NCBI GenBank assembly: GCA_005223185.1
Contig: NJBN01000009.1
Span: forward strand, 1,321-65,320
Direction: 5' to 3'
Length of the DNA: 64,000 nucleotides
Source: a candidate division LCP-89 bacterium B3_LCP
GTDB taxonomy: Bacteria > Electryoneota > B3-LCP
The notes under the pieces are model-generated. The model was not told the origin of the DNA. It did not search any database and saw only the letters and a program-made list of their open reading frames with translations. The translations under genes were made by a program, and so were the position numbers. Below, one piece after another: positions 9,534 to 18,619 of this stretch; the stretch's first letter is position 1, and each line of letters starts with the position of its first letter.

Positions 9534-10745
9534 TCATAACTTCTTACGACTGGTCGATTCGGGGCAAGGATGGAGAGCCCGCGCTTCTGTTGGAAGTAAT
9601 TTCATATATCTTAATCCCCAGCCAAACATGAACCCTATGACCCCAAATACTCCTAAAGCCTGCAGCACTTCCAGGAAACTGATAGAATAACTGGCAATTC
9701 CTTCCTCGATGGCTGAATGTGTTATCTCCATACCCGGGAAAATCTCTGGCGGATGGGTTAAACCCGGAATAACGATTACATATCTTTCACACAATACACC
9801 GAAGATCACCAGGCTGGATGCTAATACAATCCATTTAACCGATTTGCCCGTTTTTTTTCTGAAAAGAATCACAATGGGAATAACTAAGCCGATCAATATC
9901 AGCCCAATCCAGAAGAGTAAGCTGTGAATGCCTCCAAAGAGATAGTAAACAGCCGCGTGGCGTAATTCAATCACGTAAGCCCGGTATGAATTCTCCACGG
10001 CTATGAAATACAAAACCACGATAACGCAGATTGCCAGAAATCGACCAAGCCATACTATTAGTTCGTCATCCAGTCGCCGATTGGTTAATTTGAATAGCCC
10101 CACTATCATGATAATCATTAGCGCCGTACCAGACGCCATAGCAGCCGCAACGAAACTTGCTGGTAATAACGGAGATTCATAGAGCATTCTGGCGCCAAAA
10201 CCAAAAATAGCTCCGGTGCCGCTATGAACGCAGAAAGCCCATCCAAACGCCAGAGTTGCAACTACTGTCGTCAACTTTTTCCTCTCGGTGAACAGCGCCC
10301 AGAGGTAAACTACACAAATCAGGATATGCCCGATATACAATATTGGATTGATTGAGAACATCGATTGCAGATTGAAATGCACGAATGGTTGAATAAATAC
10401 CCGGTCCATCCTGCCCTGGTCAGTTAGAATCGATAGAAGACCGGCGATGAGGAAGAGCATGGCTAAATAAACAGCGATTCTGGCGAAGGGTTTGTATTCC
10501 AGCTTTCCGAAGACGCCGTATAGACCCGAAATCACCAGAGATCCAGCCGACAATCCGATGTAATAGACTGCCATTACAATCTGTAATCCCCAGGGAACGC
10601 GGCTGTACATGCCGGTAACCCACAGCCCTTTATTAATTATGTAGAACGTCGAAATCAGCCCTGTAATTGCCAGAGCTGCAAAGGCGATCATCGTCACACG
10701 GTATTCAAATGATCTTCCCTCAATGCTCTCGAACTTGATGTCCAT
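9534..10745 (-). CDS. dsrP: NrfD/PsrC-family membrane subunit, DsrP-like
   Basis: GLWVTGM..VPWGLQI, DQGRMDR, about 10 TM helices, directly after dsrJ- and dsrO-like genes. Confidence 0.82.
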   Translation of the reverse strand: MDIKFESIEGRSFEYRVTMIAFAALAITGLISTFYIINKGLWVTGMYSRVPWGLQIVMAVYYIGLSAGSLVISGLYGVFGKLEYKPFARIAVYLAMLFLIAGLLSILTDQGRMDRVFIQPFVHFNLQSMFSINPILYIGHILICVVYLWALFTERKKLTTVVATLAFGWAFCVHSGTGAIFGFGARMLYESPLLPASFVAAAMASGTALMIIMIVGLFKLTNRRLDDELIVWLGRFLAICVIVVLYFIAVENSYRAYVIELRHAAVYYLFGGIHSLLFWIGLILIGLVIPIVILFRKKTGKSVKWIVLASSLVIFGVLCERYVIVIPGLTHPPEIFPGMEITHSAIEEGIASYSISFLEVLQALGVFGVIGFMFGWGLRYMKLLPTEARALHPCPESTSRKKL

Positions 10746-10768
10746 TTAAACCCCTTGTAATTACAGGT

Positions 10769-11509
10769 TTATAAGCCAATATAGTGCACTTTAGGTGCTG
10801 TACCCAGGTCTTCCTTGAGGCGCTTGACGGCATTGTTCGTGATCAGTTCGGAAACATTGCTTGCCGGATCGTTCATATCGCCTACGAATAGAGCTTCAGC
10901 GCCAACCCTCTGGCAGGCTTCCACACAGGCAGGCATTTTACCAACGTCCAGGCGATGCGCACATAAGTGACATGATTCCGCTACACCATGAGATCTCCTG
11001 GGGCGTTCTTTGTTGGGCCACTCTTCAGTGTCTTTAAAATTAAAGCACCTGGCGTTGTAAGGGCAGGCAATCATACAATACCTGCAGCCTATGCATCGGT
11101 GGTGATCTATAATGACTATGCCGTCATCGCGTTTATATGTAGCCTGTACCGGACAGACTTGTGCGCAGGGCGGATTATCGCAGTGATTACACAGTAATAT
11201 CACTGATTTTTCAGTAGTCTTGGAACCGATCTTACCCTCGATTCTGACCTTCCTGATCCAGTGTATATCCCAGCGTTCGTCCCCTGACAGAGCGACATTA
11301 TTTTCATGACGGCAGGCATCCAGGCAGGCAGTGCAGTTTTCCTGGCATCTGTCGAGGTTAATGACCATACCCCACTTCCGTCCGGTTGACGGTACTTCCA
11401 ATTTCATCCAGGATGCACTGGAAGACGTTAAGAACTGGAAAGCATAAGCGCTGGAGGCTGCTAATAATATTGAGCCTCCCGCTGTTTTCACAAAATCTCT
11501 TCTGTCCAT
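10769..11509 (-). CDS. dsrO: Tat-exported 4Fe-4S protein, DsrO-like
   Basis: MDRRDFVK Tat motif, CNHCDNPPCAQVCP, HRCIGCRYCMIACPY, CHLC..PACVEAC. Confidence 0.88.
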   Translation of the reverse strand: MDRRDFVKTAGGSILLAASSAYAFQFLTSSSASWMKLEVPSTGRKWGMVINLDRCQENCTACLDACRHENNVALSGDERWDIHWIRKVRIEGKIGSKTTEKSVILLCNHCDNPPCAQVCPVQATYKRDDGIVIIDHHRCIGCRYCMIACPYNARCFNFKDTEEWPNKERPRRSHGVAESCHLCAHRLDVGKMPACVEACQRVGAEALFVGDMNDPASNVSELITNNAVKRLKEDLGTAPKVHYIGL

Positions 11510-11547
11510 TATCTGTCTAACCTGTTTAATGCTGATTTATTAGCCTA

Positions 11548-11922
11548 TTACGGATAGTAATGACAGTCAAAGCAATCGGGCGTCAGGCTGGTAGCATCAT
11601 GGCATTTATTACAGAACCGTTCTCGGCTGGTATGACATTCCCTGCACTTGTTAAAGTTTATATCTTCTCTCTTTCCGTATCGAACCACTTCTTCTCGAAT
11701 TCCACGAAGGAGTTCCCAGTGGTGATAGCGCATGTATTCGGTATCTTTGATACAGTTTTTGTATTTTGGATCAGGTCTCTCTAAGAATAGTTGGGAACTC
11801 TGATCACCCTCAGTAGAGACCGAGGAAACAATGCTCCATACCAGCGGAAGCAAGATGAGAAGCACGATAATTACCACAGCTGCGATGCTTGCGTTTTTGC
11901 CCAATATTTCTTGAAGGTTCAT
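11548..11922 (-). CDS. dsrJ: Triheme cytochrome c, DsrJ-like
   Basis: N-terminal anchor, C..DTEYMRYHHWELL, three CXXCH sites (CRECH, CNKCH, CFDCH). Confidence 0.88.
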   Translation of the reverse strand: MNLQEILGKNASIAAVVIIVLLILLPLVWSIVSSVSTEGDQSSQLFLERPDPKYKNCIKDTEYMRYHHWELLRGIREEVVRYGKREDINFNKCRECHTSRERFCNKCHDATSLTPDCFDCHYYP

Positions 11923-11943
11923 TGATAATCTCCGTTTTAAGGT

Positions 11944-13284
11944 CTATGAACCGTTCTGGGTAGTTGCATTTCCCTGCTCAGATGCAGTTTCTTCTTCCTG
12001 CCTGGGACTATCTTCTCCATCAGAGTTAACTGTCAGATTAGCATTAACCACAGTGGATATTTCCACGTTCCTGCCTGTATATTCGTCATATATCAGAGCA
12101 GTAGTGCGATAGAATATATGCGCCAACTTGGAATAAGGCAGGTAAAGTATTAACCCCAGGACAAAGACTAGATGCGTAAAGTAAGCTAAGTGTCTATGGG
12201 GATCTAAGCGAACGTAATGCAGCACTTCGGTGATATATCCAGTTATTACCACAATGAGGATCGTTCCTAAGAGCAACCAGTCGAAATATTTCCCTGTGTG
12301 GGCACTCTCTTTTCCTTTATAGCGATCCATGATCATCAAGAGAATGCCTGCTAATACCGCCGCGCCGCCCAGATTTGCTAAGATTTTCCAGGGACTCCAG
12401 AAGCTGAAAGGATAGATGAAATCGCCTTGTATAAAAGGATTTATCCTGATGGTAATTATCCAGAATGTCACCAGGCTTAATCCCGCAAAACCGAAAAGGA
12501 CCAACATGTGAGACCATAGCCGCGGCGCTGATTCCGTACATTTACTGAAGTCGTCGTGGAAGATAATCTTTTTTAGTGTTACGATGATACTGGAGAACAG
12601 GCTTTTAGCCGATGCGGGATTTTTCCGGGGGAAGGTAGTTTTCATGGCTTTCCAGAAGCGGATTGCACCGATAATTCCTGAAGCTGAAGCTAAGATACTG
12701 AAGAACATGAAGAAGCTGATCAGCAACCAGTGAGGAAACATACTGGAATAAGGATATATTATCCTTTCGCCTGTAGGTTCAATAATTCCTAAGACGTTGG
12801 CGATGGGGTCCTTCAGATATAATGCCAGGATAAGTAGCAGAGTGGGGATCGCTAAGAGGAAAATAACACTCTGAGGTTCGCTTGCCCATTTACCTAAAAA
12901 ACTAGGGAAGGACCAGCGAATTACACCAGCTTGGCGGATGCCTGCCATGACGTCACCGGGCTTGACGTCACGAGGGCATTTCGCTGAACAATCATTGCAC
13001 TGGTGGCAAAGCCAGACGTCCGGATCTCCCAAAAGAAGGTCTTTCATTCCCCAGGAAGCCCAGGCCATTTCCTTTCTGGGGAATGGCTCAGGATCCGGCG
13101 AAAGTTCGCAGGTTGCCGAGCAGGTTCCACACTGCATACATTTCTTATAAATGCCGGGCGTATGCTTGCCCAACATGCGGATGAAATCCAGATCCGGTTC
13201 GATTAATAAAGGTCTGCCGTTTTTGGAAAGAACAAAAGTGGTTTTGGGGGAATCTTCCGCTGAAATGTTCGGTTTATCCTGCAT
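11944..13284 (-). CDS. qmoC: Quinone-interacting membrane oxidoreductase subunit QmoC
   Basis: HdrC-like CMQCGTCSATC..FPRKEM.WA.WG..WLCHQCNDCS..CPR, followed by a TM heme-b domain (H..V..GF, HLVFV..LPYSKLAH). Confidence 0.92.
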   Translation of the reverse strand: MQDKPNISAEDSPKTTFVLSKNGRPLLIEPDLDFIRMLGKHTPGIYKKCMQCGTCSATCELSPDPEPFPRKEMAWASWGMKDLLLGDPDVWLCHQCNDCSAKCPRDVKPGDVMAGIRQAGVIRWSFPSFLGKWASEPQSVIFLLAIPTLLLILALYLKDPIANVLGIIEPTGERIIYPYSSMFPHWLLISFFMFFSILASASGIIGAIRFWKAMKTTFPRKNPASAKSLFSSIIVTLKKIIFHDDFSKCTESAPRLWSHMLVLFGFAGLSLVTFWIITIRINPFIQGDFIYPFSFWSPWKILANLGGAAVLAGILLMIMDRYKGKESAHTGKYFDWLLLGTILIVVITGYITEVLHYVRLDPHRHLAYFTHLVFVLGLILYLPYSKLAHIFYRTTALIYDEYTGRNVEISTVVNANLTVNSDGEDSPRQEEETASEQGNATTQNGS

Positions 13285-13373
13285 AACCTTCCCGCCAGTT
13301 TTAGCTGTGGTTTATCAAATATCTATTCCCAGAATATGCTGGCAAAAGAACAGTTACCAACACAAATTTTGTA

Positions 13374-15647
13374 TCACATCCCTTTAAATGGGTTCATGCC
13401 AATATCTTCGATCAACTCCGCAAAGTTGTTGAATATCTCAGGGAGTTTATGGTACTCGGATATCTGCAATTGATGGAGTTCTACTCTCTCGTTCTCCATC
13501 TGCATCTGTTCCAGTTTTTCCCTGATGTTTTCACCGCGGGAATCGGCCAATTCGCTACCCTTAATAAAGTGGCATTGATAGTCGTCCCCATACTTGCAGC
13601 CGATCAAGATAACTCCGTCAAAACCTTCCGATATAGCATCCTTTACCCAGGCAACATTCATCGATCCCAGACATCGTACCGGAATTATCCTGATGAAGGG
13701 ACTGTACTTCATGCGGTGCTGTCCCACCAGGTCCAAAGCCGGAAATGCGTCGTTTTCACAAAGAAGCGCCAAAATTCTCGGTTTCTCCTCATCCTCATCC
13801 GGTACTTCTACTGCCTTGATCATCGACGCTATGATATTAACCGAGTAATCTTTGAAGTTTACTATTCGTTCAGGACAAGCACCCATACAGACCCCACATC
13901 TTCGGCAGCGAGTGGGCCATGGCTCAGGGGTGCCTTTAGGATCCTCGTTGAGCACTCCGAAGGGACATTCCTCAGTACAACGTTTGCATTGAGTACAATT
14001 CTGCAAGAAGAAGTCCGGATAGGACTTATCACCTGCACGGGGATGAACCGCTTCCCCTCGTGAAGTCATTTCAATGCATTGAATTGCTTTTAATGCAGCT
14101 CCCGTTCCATCTTCTCTGCCTCCGATTCCGTCCATCGGTTGGCGGACAGATCCGGCAGGATAGATTCCGGTGCGTCTGCTTTCATAGGGGAAGCAGATGA
14201 AGTGCGAATCCGGAAAACCGTTCTGGAGTACATTCAGGTCGGGTCCCTGACGATATTCAAGGTTTAAGATCTCGGTTCCCTGGTGGTGTTTGAGCCGTTC
14301 AACAGTCTCAGCGGCTCTATCGCGTTGAATGTCAGATTCGCCCTCTGTTACAGCGACCCTTGCATCTTCCAGCGCCCTGATGGCTTCACCATCGGCAGAA
14401 TTAGGCGTCATTCCAGCAGCGAGAACAACTAAATCCACTTTAACTTGAATTTGTTCACCGGGCATGGTGTTCTTGGCAGTAACGGTAAGTTTCCCGTCGT
14501 CATCCCGTGAAACGTCGGCGACTTCTCCTCTGGTAAAGAATATTCCAGGATCTTCTTGTGTTTTGCGATAAAAATCCTCATAGAGTCCTGGCGTTCGCAT
14601 GAATTCATAGAAGATATATGCTTTGGCGTCATCGTCGCGCTCGCGCAGATATGAAGCTTGCTTCAGTGAGGTGAGACAGCATATCGAAGAGCAGTAAGAA
14701 TGGTGTTCTTTATCCCTGGATCCACCGCATTGTATGAACGCTATACTCTTTACTTCCTTACCATCAGATGGACGGGTTATGCGATCCTGGTTCTTGACCA
14801 TCTCTTCTAATTCAACGTTTCGAATGACGTCTTCAACTTTGCCATAGGGGAGAGTATCACGAGGTTCCACGGGCTTCCAGCCAGAAGCCTGGACTATGGA
14901 ACCCACCCGAAATGTATGCAGTACATCACTGTCCGGCTTGCCGTTTTTGGCCGATTTAATAGATACGTCAAACAAACCGGGAGCCCCGGTAATCTTGCTT
15001 GTTACAGCCGAGGTATATATTTTGATCTGCGTATTTCCCTTAACCTCCTCTATTAATTCATCGACGCCCGTGTCCTCTAAATCACGATATGGAGGTTTCG
15101 TGGGAATTGATTTATGCTGCTTGGCCAACCAGCCGCCCAATTGGTTAGTCTTCTCCACCAAATGGACTTTATACCCTGCCTTCGATGCTTCCAGCGCGGC
15201 CGTCAAACCGGTGATTCCACCGCCGACTACCAGGATGCTCTTATCGATGGCTTCCTCTGATTTGAAGGGTTCCACTGGTTCCATCTTCTGCAGTTTGGTT
15301 ATATACATGCGGAGATAATCTTCCGCCAGCATCTGGGTGTCTTCATCGTTTGCCGGTTGACACCATACGACGTGTTCCCGCAAGGCGACCTTTTCCACCA
15401 TCACATCCTGGGGAAACATATCGTCGGTATAGCAGCGCGGAGATATCCCCGCGATCAGCACTTTATTCAGCTCTTCTCTGGCGATATCTTCGTTGATAGA
15501 ATCCAGGACTGGCTTCTCGCAAGAATCAATCGTTTTACAGAAGGATACTTTATACTCGTCAGTGGCTACTTTGCACAAAGCGTCAATATCAAGTGCTTCA
15601 GATATTCCATAAGCCTTGCAAATAAAGATGCCAATTTTATCTTCCAT
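13374..15647 (-). CDS. qmoB: QmoB (HdrA-like FAD protein with ferredoxin and MvhD domains)
   Basis: VVGGGITG, FIQCGGSRD..YCSSICC, FPDSHFICFPYESRRTGIY, CTQCKRCTEECP, CRRCGVCMGACP, C-terminal MvhD domain ending NPFKG. Confidence 0.95.
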   Translation of the reverse strand: MEDKIGIFICKAYGISEALDIDALCKVATDEYKVSFCKTIDSCEKPVLDSINEDIAREELNKVLIAGISPRCYTDDMFPQDVMVEKVALREHVVWCQPANDEDTQMLAEDYLRMYITKLQKMEPVEPFKSEEAIDKSILVVGGGITGLTAALEASKAGYKVHLVEKTNQLGGWLAKQHKSIPTKPPYRDLEDTGVDELIEEVKGNTQIKIYTSAVTSKITGAPGLFDVSIKSAKNGKPDSDVLHTFRVGSIVQASGWKPVEPRDTLPYGKVEDVIRNVELEEMVKNQDRITRPSDGKEVKSIAFIQCGGSRDKEHHSYCSSICCLTSLKQASYLRERDDDAKAYIFYEFMRTPGLYEDFYRKTQEDPGIFFTRGEVADVSRDDDGKLTVTAKNTMPGEQIQVKVDLVVLAAGMTPNSADGEAIRALEDARVAVTEGESDIQRDRAAETVERLKHHQGTEILNLEYRQGPDLNVLQNGFPDSHFICFPYESRRTGIYPAGSVRQPMDGIGGREDGTGAALKAIQCIEMTSRGEAVHPRAGDKSYPDFFLQNCTQCKRCTEECPFGVLNEDPKGTPEPWPTRCRRCGVCMGACPERIVNFKDYSVNIIASMIKAVEVPDEDEEKPRILALLCENDAFPALDLVGQHRMKYSPFIRIIPVRCLGSMNVAWVKDAISEGFDGVILIGCKYGDDYQCHFIKGSELADSRGENIREKLEQMQMENERVELHQLQISEYHKLPEIFNNFAELIEDIGMNPFKGM

Positions 15648-15651
15648 TAAA

Positions 15652-16914
15652 TCACTCTCCTCTGTTGAGGCATTGAATCGCTTTTAGTGTGGCTGCTGTC
15701 GAATCTTTCGTTGTGCGGGAGACGTCACACGGGCGCTTGGCACAGCCTACCGTGTACACGCCATCAAAGTTTGTAACTCCGTCTGTGAAGCCGTAGTCAT
15801 CGTATTTTAATTCAAAGGGAATCTTGAAGTCCGGAGTGTTGGGTACCATGCCGGTCGCCAGGACAACCATGTCGAATCCTTTATGGAGATTTTCTCGCGT
15901 TATGGTATCCTCCACATCCAGCACCAGATTTTCACTACCAGGTTCCTCACTGATCTTGGCGACCTTACCTTTGATGAATGAGACATTTTCATCTTCCAAC
16001 AGGTCGTAATAGAACTTTTCCTCACGGCCGATGGTACGAACGTCAATGTAGAAAACAGTTATCTTGGCGTTTTCGTTCTTCTCCCTGATGTATCTGACCT
16101 GCTTTAGTGAACCCATGCAGCAGACCGCCGAGCAGTAGGGGAGATGGTTCTCATCCCTCGATCCGGCACATTGCACGAAAGCTATGTTCTCAGCTTTCTT
16201 TCCGTCAGATGGGCGGACGATTTCCCCTGCTGTGGGACCACCCATAGCAGCCAATCGCTCCATCATAACGTTGGTGATCACGTTCTGGCATTGACCAAAT
16301 CCCAGGTAATCTAATTTTGTAGCATCGTATGGCCGCCACCCAGTAGCGATTATGACAGCGCCAATATCCACAGCAATCCTCTTCTCAGTCATCTCCAGAT
16401 CGATAGCTCCCGGAGGACAGATCTCGTTAAGTTTCTCAGCATCTGTCTCGGATAAGGCTTCCCGGTCAAGGACATAACCAGGAGGATAAGCCATGTCATG
16501 CGGCATGTATAATGCCTTGGTCTTATCCATCCCATAATTGAAGTCATTGACCCTTTCAGTTGTCAATTTCTCCGTCATGGAATCAGCTATCAAATGCATG
16601 TCGGTCACATACTTAGGTCTTATGCGGATTTTGGCTCTAAGATCACCTGCTTCGTCGGTGATCTCTTCCACCGTAGCCATAGTATGGACTGTGATTCTGG
16701 GATTTTGCTTTATTCTGCGCGTATTGATTTCAAATCCGCATGTTGGAGGACACATCTTTGGGAAATATCGGTGCATGCGCATCACGCGTCCACCTAAATA
16801 AGCTTCCTTTTCCACCAGGATAACCTTATATCCAATCTCAGCAGCATCCACTGCCGCCGTCATCCCTCCGATTCCACCTCCGATTACAAGAAGAGGTTTA
16901 GCATTAGCATTCAT
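15652..16914 (-). CDS. qmoA: QmoA (HdrA-like flavoprotein)
   Basis: GGGIGG, LGGRV..MHRYFPKMCPPTCGFEIN, FVQCAGSRDENHLPYCSAVCC. Confidence 0.93.
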   Translation of the reverse strand: MNANAKPLLVIGGGIGGMTAAVDAAEIGYKVILVEKEAYLGGRVMRMHRYFPKMCPPTCGFEINTRRIKQNPRITVHTMATVEEITDEAGDLRAKIRIRPKYVTDMHLIADSMTEKLTTERVNDFNYGMDKTKALYMPHDMAYPPGYVLDREALSETDAEKLNEICPPGAIDLEMTEKRIAVDIGAVIIATGWRPYDATKLDYLGFGQCQNVITNVMMERLAAMGGPTAGEIVRPSDGKKAENIAFVQCAGSRDENHLPYCSAVCCMGSLKQVRYIREKNENAKITVFYIDVRTIGREEKFYYDLLEDENVSFIKGKVAKISEEPGSENLVLDVEDTITRENLHKGFDMVVLATGMVPNTPDFKIPFELKYDDYGFTDGVTNFDGVYTVGCAKRPCDVSRTTKDSTAATLKAIQCLNRGE

Positions 16915-17103
16915 GAACCGACCTTTTATCTAAACTTAAACTGGTTACCAGTGTCGAGTATTATGCAAATTAGCTTGTAAAATGAAAAGGCACCACCAAT
17001 TCAACCCTCTGAGTTTGACTTAGGAGTGCCCATCAAGTTTGTCTAACTCAACCCGAGATGGCTGAATTTGGACTCGTGATTTGTGAAAGTGATTTATTTC
17101 TTA

Positions 17104-17132
17104 AAGTTAAGCCTGTAGAGCATCAATGTCAA
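17104..17132 (-). promoter_or_regulatory. Sigma70-type promoter for the qmo-dsr operon
   Basis: Minus strand TTGACA-N17-TAACTT, about 190 nt upstream of qmoA. Confidence 0.55.
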
Positions 17133-17285
17133 TATATATTCATTGATTTTATCTGTTGATTGTCAAGAATATTGTGTGAGGATCACTAATATTTTCCAAT
17201 TTGGTCGGATGCTACGATGAGCGAAATTCGACTATGACACACTAATTCATCTCATAGGGGAAGGTAATACATCGATAACAGAAAT

Positions 17286-17465
17286 TGTCATTCCGGGAGG
17301 GCTCCAGCCCTGCCCGGTACGTAGTACTCCTACGGAGAATCCAGTGGAGAAAGGTAGAGCGAGGGTTTGCCCCCGTCCAAAAAGTGTGAAATATGAAAAG
17401 CACCAGAATCACAGATTTTCACTGATTAAACAGATGTCGCAGATAAAATCTGTTGAATCAGTGGT
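17286..17465. repeat. REP-like intergenic palindromic remnants
   Basis: TGTCATTCCGGG...GAATCCAG segment and imperfect inverted repeat CACTGATT-AAACAGAT...ATCTGTT-GAATCAGTG. Confidence 0.35.
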
Positions 17466-17474
17466 TTTGACAAT

Positions 17475-17501
17475 AAAAAACCCGACTCTAAGAGGTCGGG
17501 T
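17475..17501 (-). terminator. Rho-independent terminator
   Basis: Minus strand ACCCGAC-CTCTTAGA-GTCGGG followed by TTTTTT, downstream of 17585..18127. Confidence 0.7.
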
Positions 17502-17584
17502 CACCCGTTCTGAAGAATTAAACCTTCAGTCGTCTATATCAGAGAGAACATAGATCCATATCATTCGATTGTTAGCTTTCATAC

Positions 17585-18127
17585 TTATTTGTTTTGTTGA
17601 ATTAGTTTATTTGCTAGTTCCATTTTAGCTTGGTCTCTTTTTGCCTCATCAGTGACCATACTTGTTGCGAGGAAAGACATAGAGACCTGTTGCATCGTGA
17701 CCAACTTATCATGGAAGAGATTAATTTGTTGAAGGGCCTTATTGTAAAGATAGAAGAACACTCCAGCAATGAACTCAGTTAGCATTCCGGCAATAGAGGA
17801 AAGGTATACGGCATTAAGATTGACATTGCCACTAAATGTAGAGAAGATGCTGATCCCAATCGCAATTGCCAGCAAAAAGAAACCAACAATAGCCATGATT
17901 CGACTAAGGCTAAAACTTTGTTGAGCTTGGATTCTAGTTTGTGCAATATACCCCTCAAGGGCTGCGATATTAATAAGAAGTATGTACTTAAATATTTCAT
18001 TCCCGGTAGCACTCTCTAGCTTGTCCGCATAAGTTTTCTTCTCTTTTGAAGCCTTGTCAACTACTTTAGAAAAGGCTTTTAACATTTCAGAAGCTGCTGC
18101 CCCAAGAAGAAACGGTTCCATCACCAT
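17585..18127 (-). CDS. Two-TM membrane protein resembling the TRADD-N-associated membrane domain
   Basis: Y..QTRIQAQQSF, TM helix, S.IAG.LTEFI.GVFFYLYNKA..Q.N.FHDKL pattern. AT-rich standalone gene. Confidence 0.6.
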   Translation of the reverse strand: MVMEPFLLGAAASEMLKAFSKVVDKASKEKKTYADKLESATGNEIFKYILLINIAALEGYIAQTRIQAQQSFSLSRIMAIVGFFLLAIAIGISIFSTFSGNVNLNAVYLSSIAGMLTEFIAGVFFYLYNKALQQINLFHDKLVTMQQVSMSFLATSMVTDEAKRDQAKMELANKLIQQNK

Positions 18128-18541
18128 ATTTTCCTCTAATTACTTTTTTATTTGTGGCCTTCCCGGTATGTCAGGTCTTCGCTTCGCTCAGAGTGACCGC
18201 TTTTAGAACAGCTCCTCCTACCTCGCTGGCTTACAGGGACGATACTAGAACTTTTAATGCCTGGGATCAGCTCTTTGAAATAGTAAATGCAGCGTAAGAA
18301 AATGGTGAATTAATTTACGGAAACTAATTGTCCAACTTCGCATATGCGGAATTCAATTTAGCTGGTATTATGCCAGCAGACGCGTAGCTGCTGATGAAAT
18401 GGTCGGGGATTCCCATGCAAAATCAGGTTGCTGTGTGACTATACAATAATAGAATCAATGGTATTAGAAGTCCCGGATTCTTCTTTTCGAACCGTTATAG
18501 CCATTGTTATATTTCATATTCTGTAACAAGTGATTATTATC

Positions 18542-18570
18542 TTGATAATAGGTAATTTATTTTTTATATT
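18542..18570 (+). promoter_or_regulatory. Sigma70-type promoter
   Basis: TTGATA-N17-TATATT, supporting the ATG at 18620 as the true start. Confidence 0.55.
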
Positions 18571-18619
18571 ATTACATACAGATCGGAAGCTTCTGACTAA
18601 TCCTGTTTTAGGAGTGAAA

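Noticed and set aside
13449..14063. 204-aa plus-strand ORF and other short antisense ORFs in the track
   Set aside because: Antisense shadows of well-supported genes such as qmoB, with no RBS or motif support.
13374..16914. Selenocysteine in the HdrA/MvhD-like QmoA and QmoB
   Set aside because: Both frames are uninterrupted with Cys at the motif positions, and the terminal stops fall at the expected protein ends.
17081..17098. Possible Rex operator TTGTGAAAGTGATTTATT near the qmoA promoter
   Set aside because: Only one half-site matches TTGTGAA-N4-TTCACAA, too weak to call.
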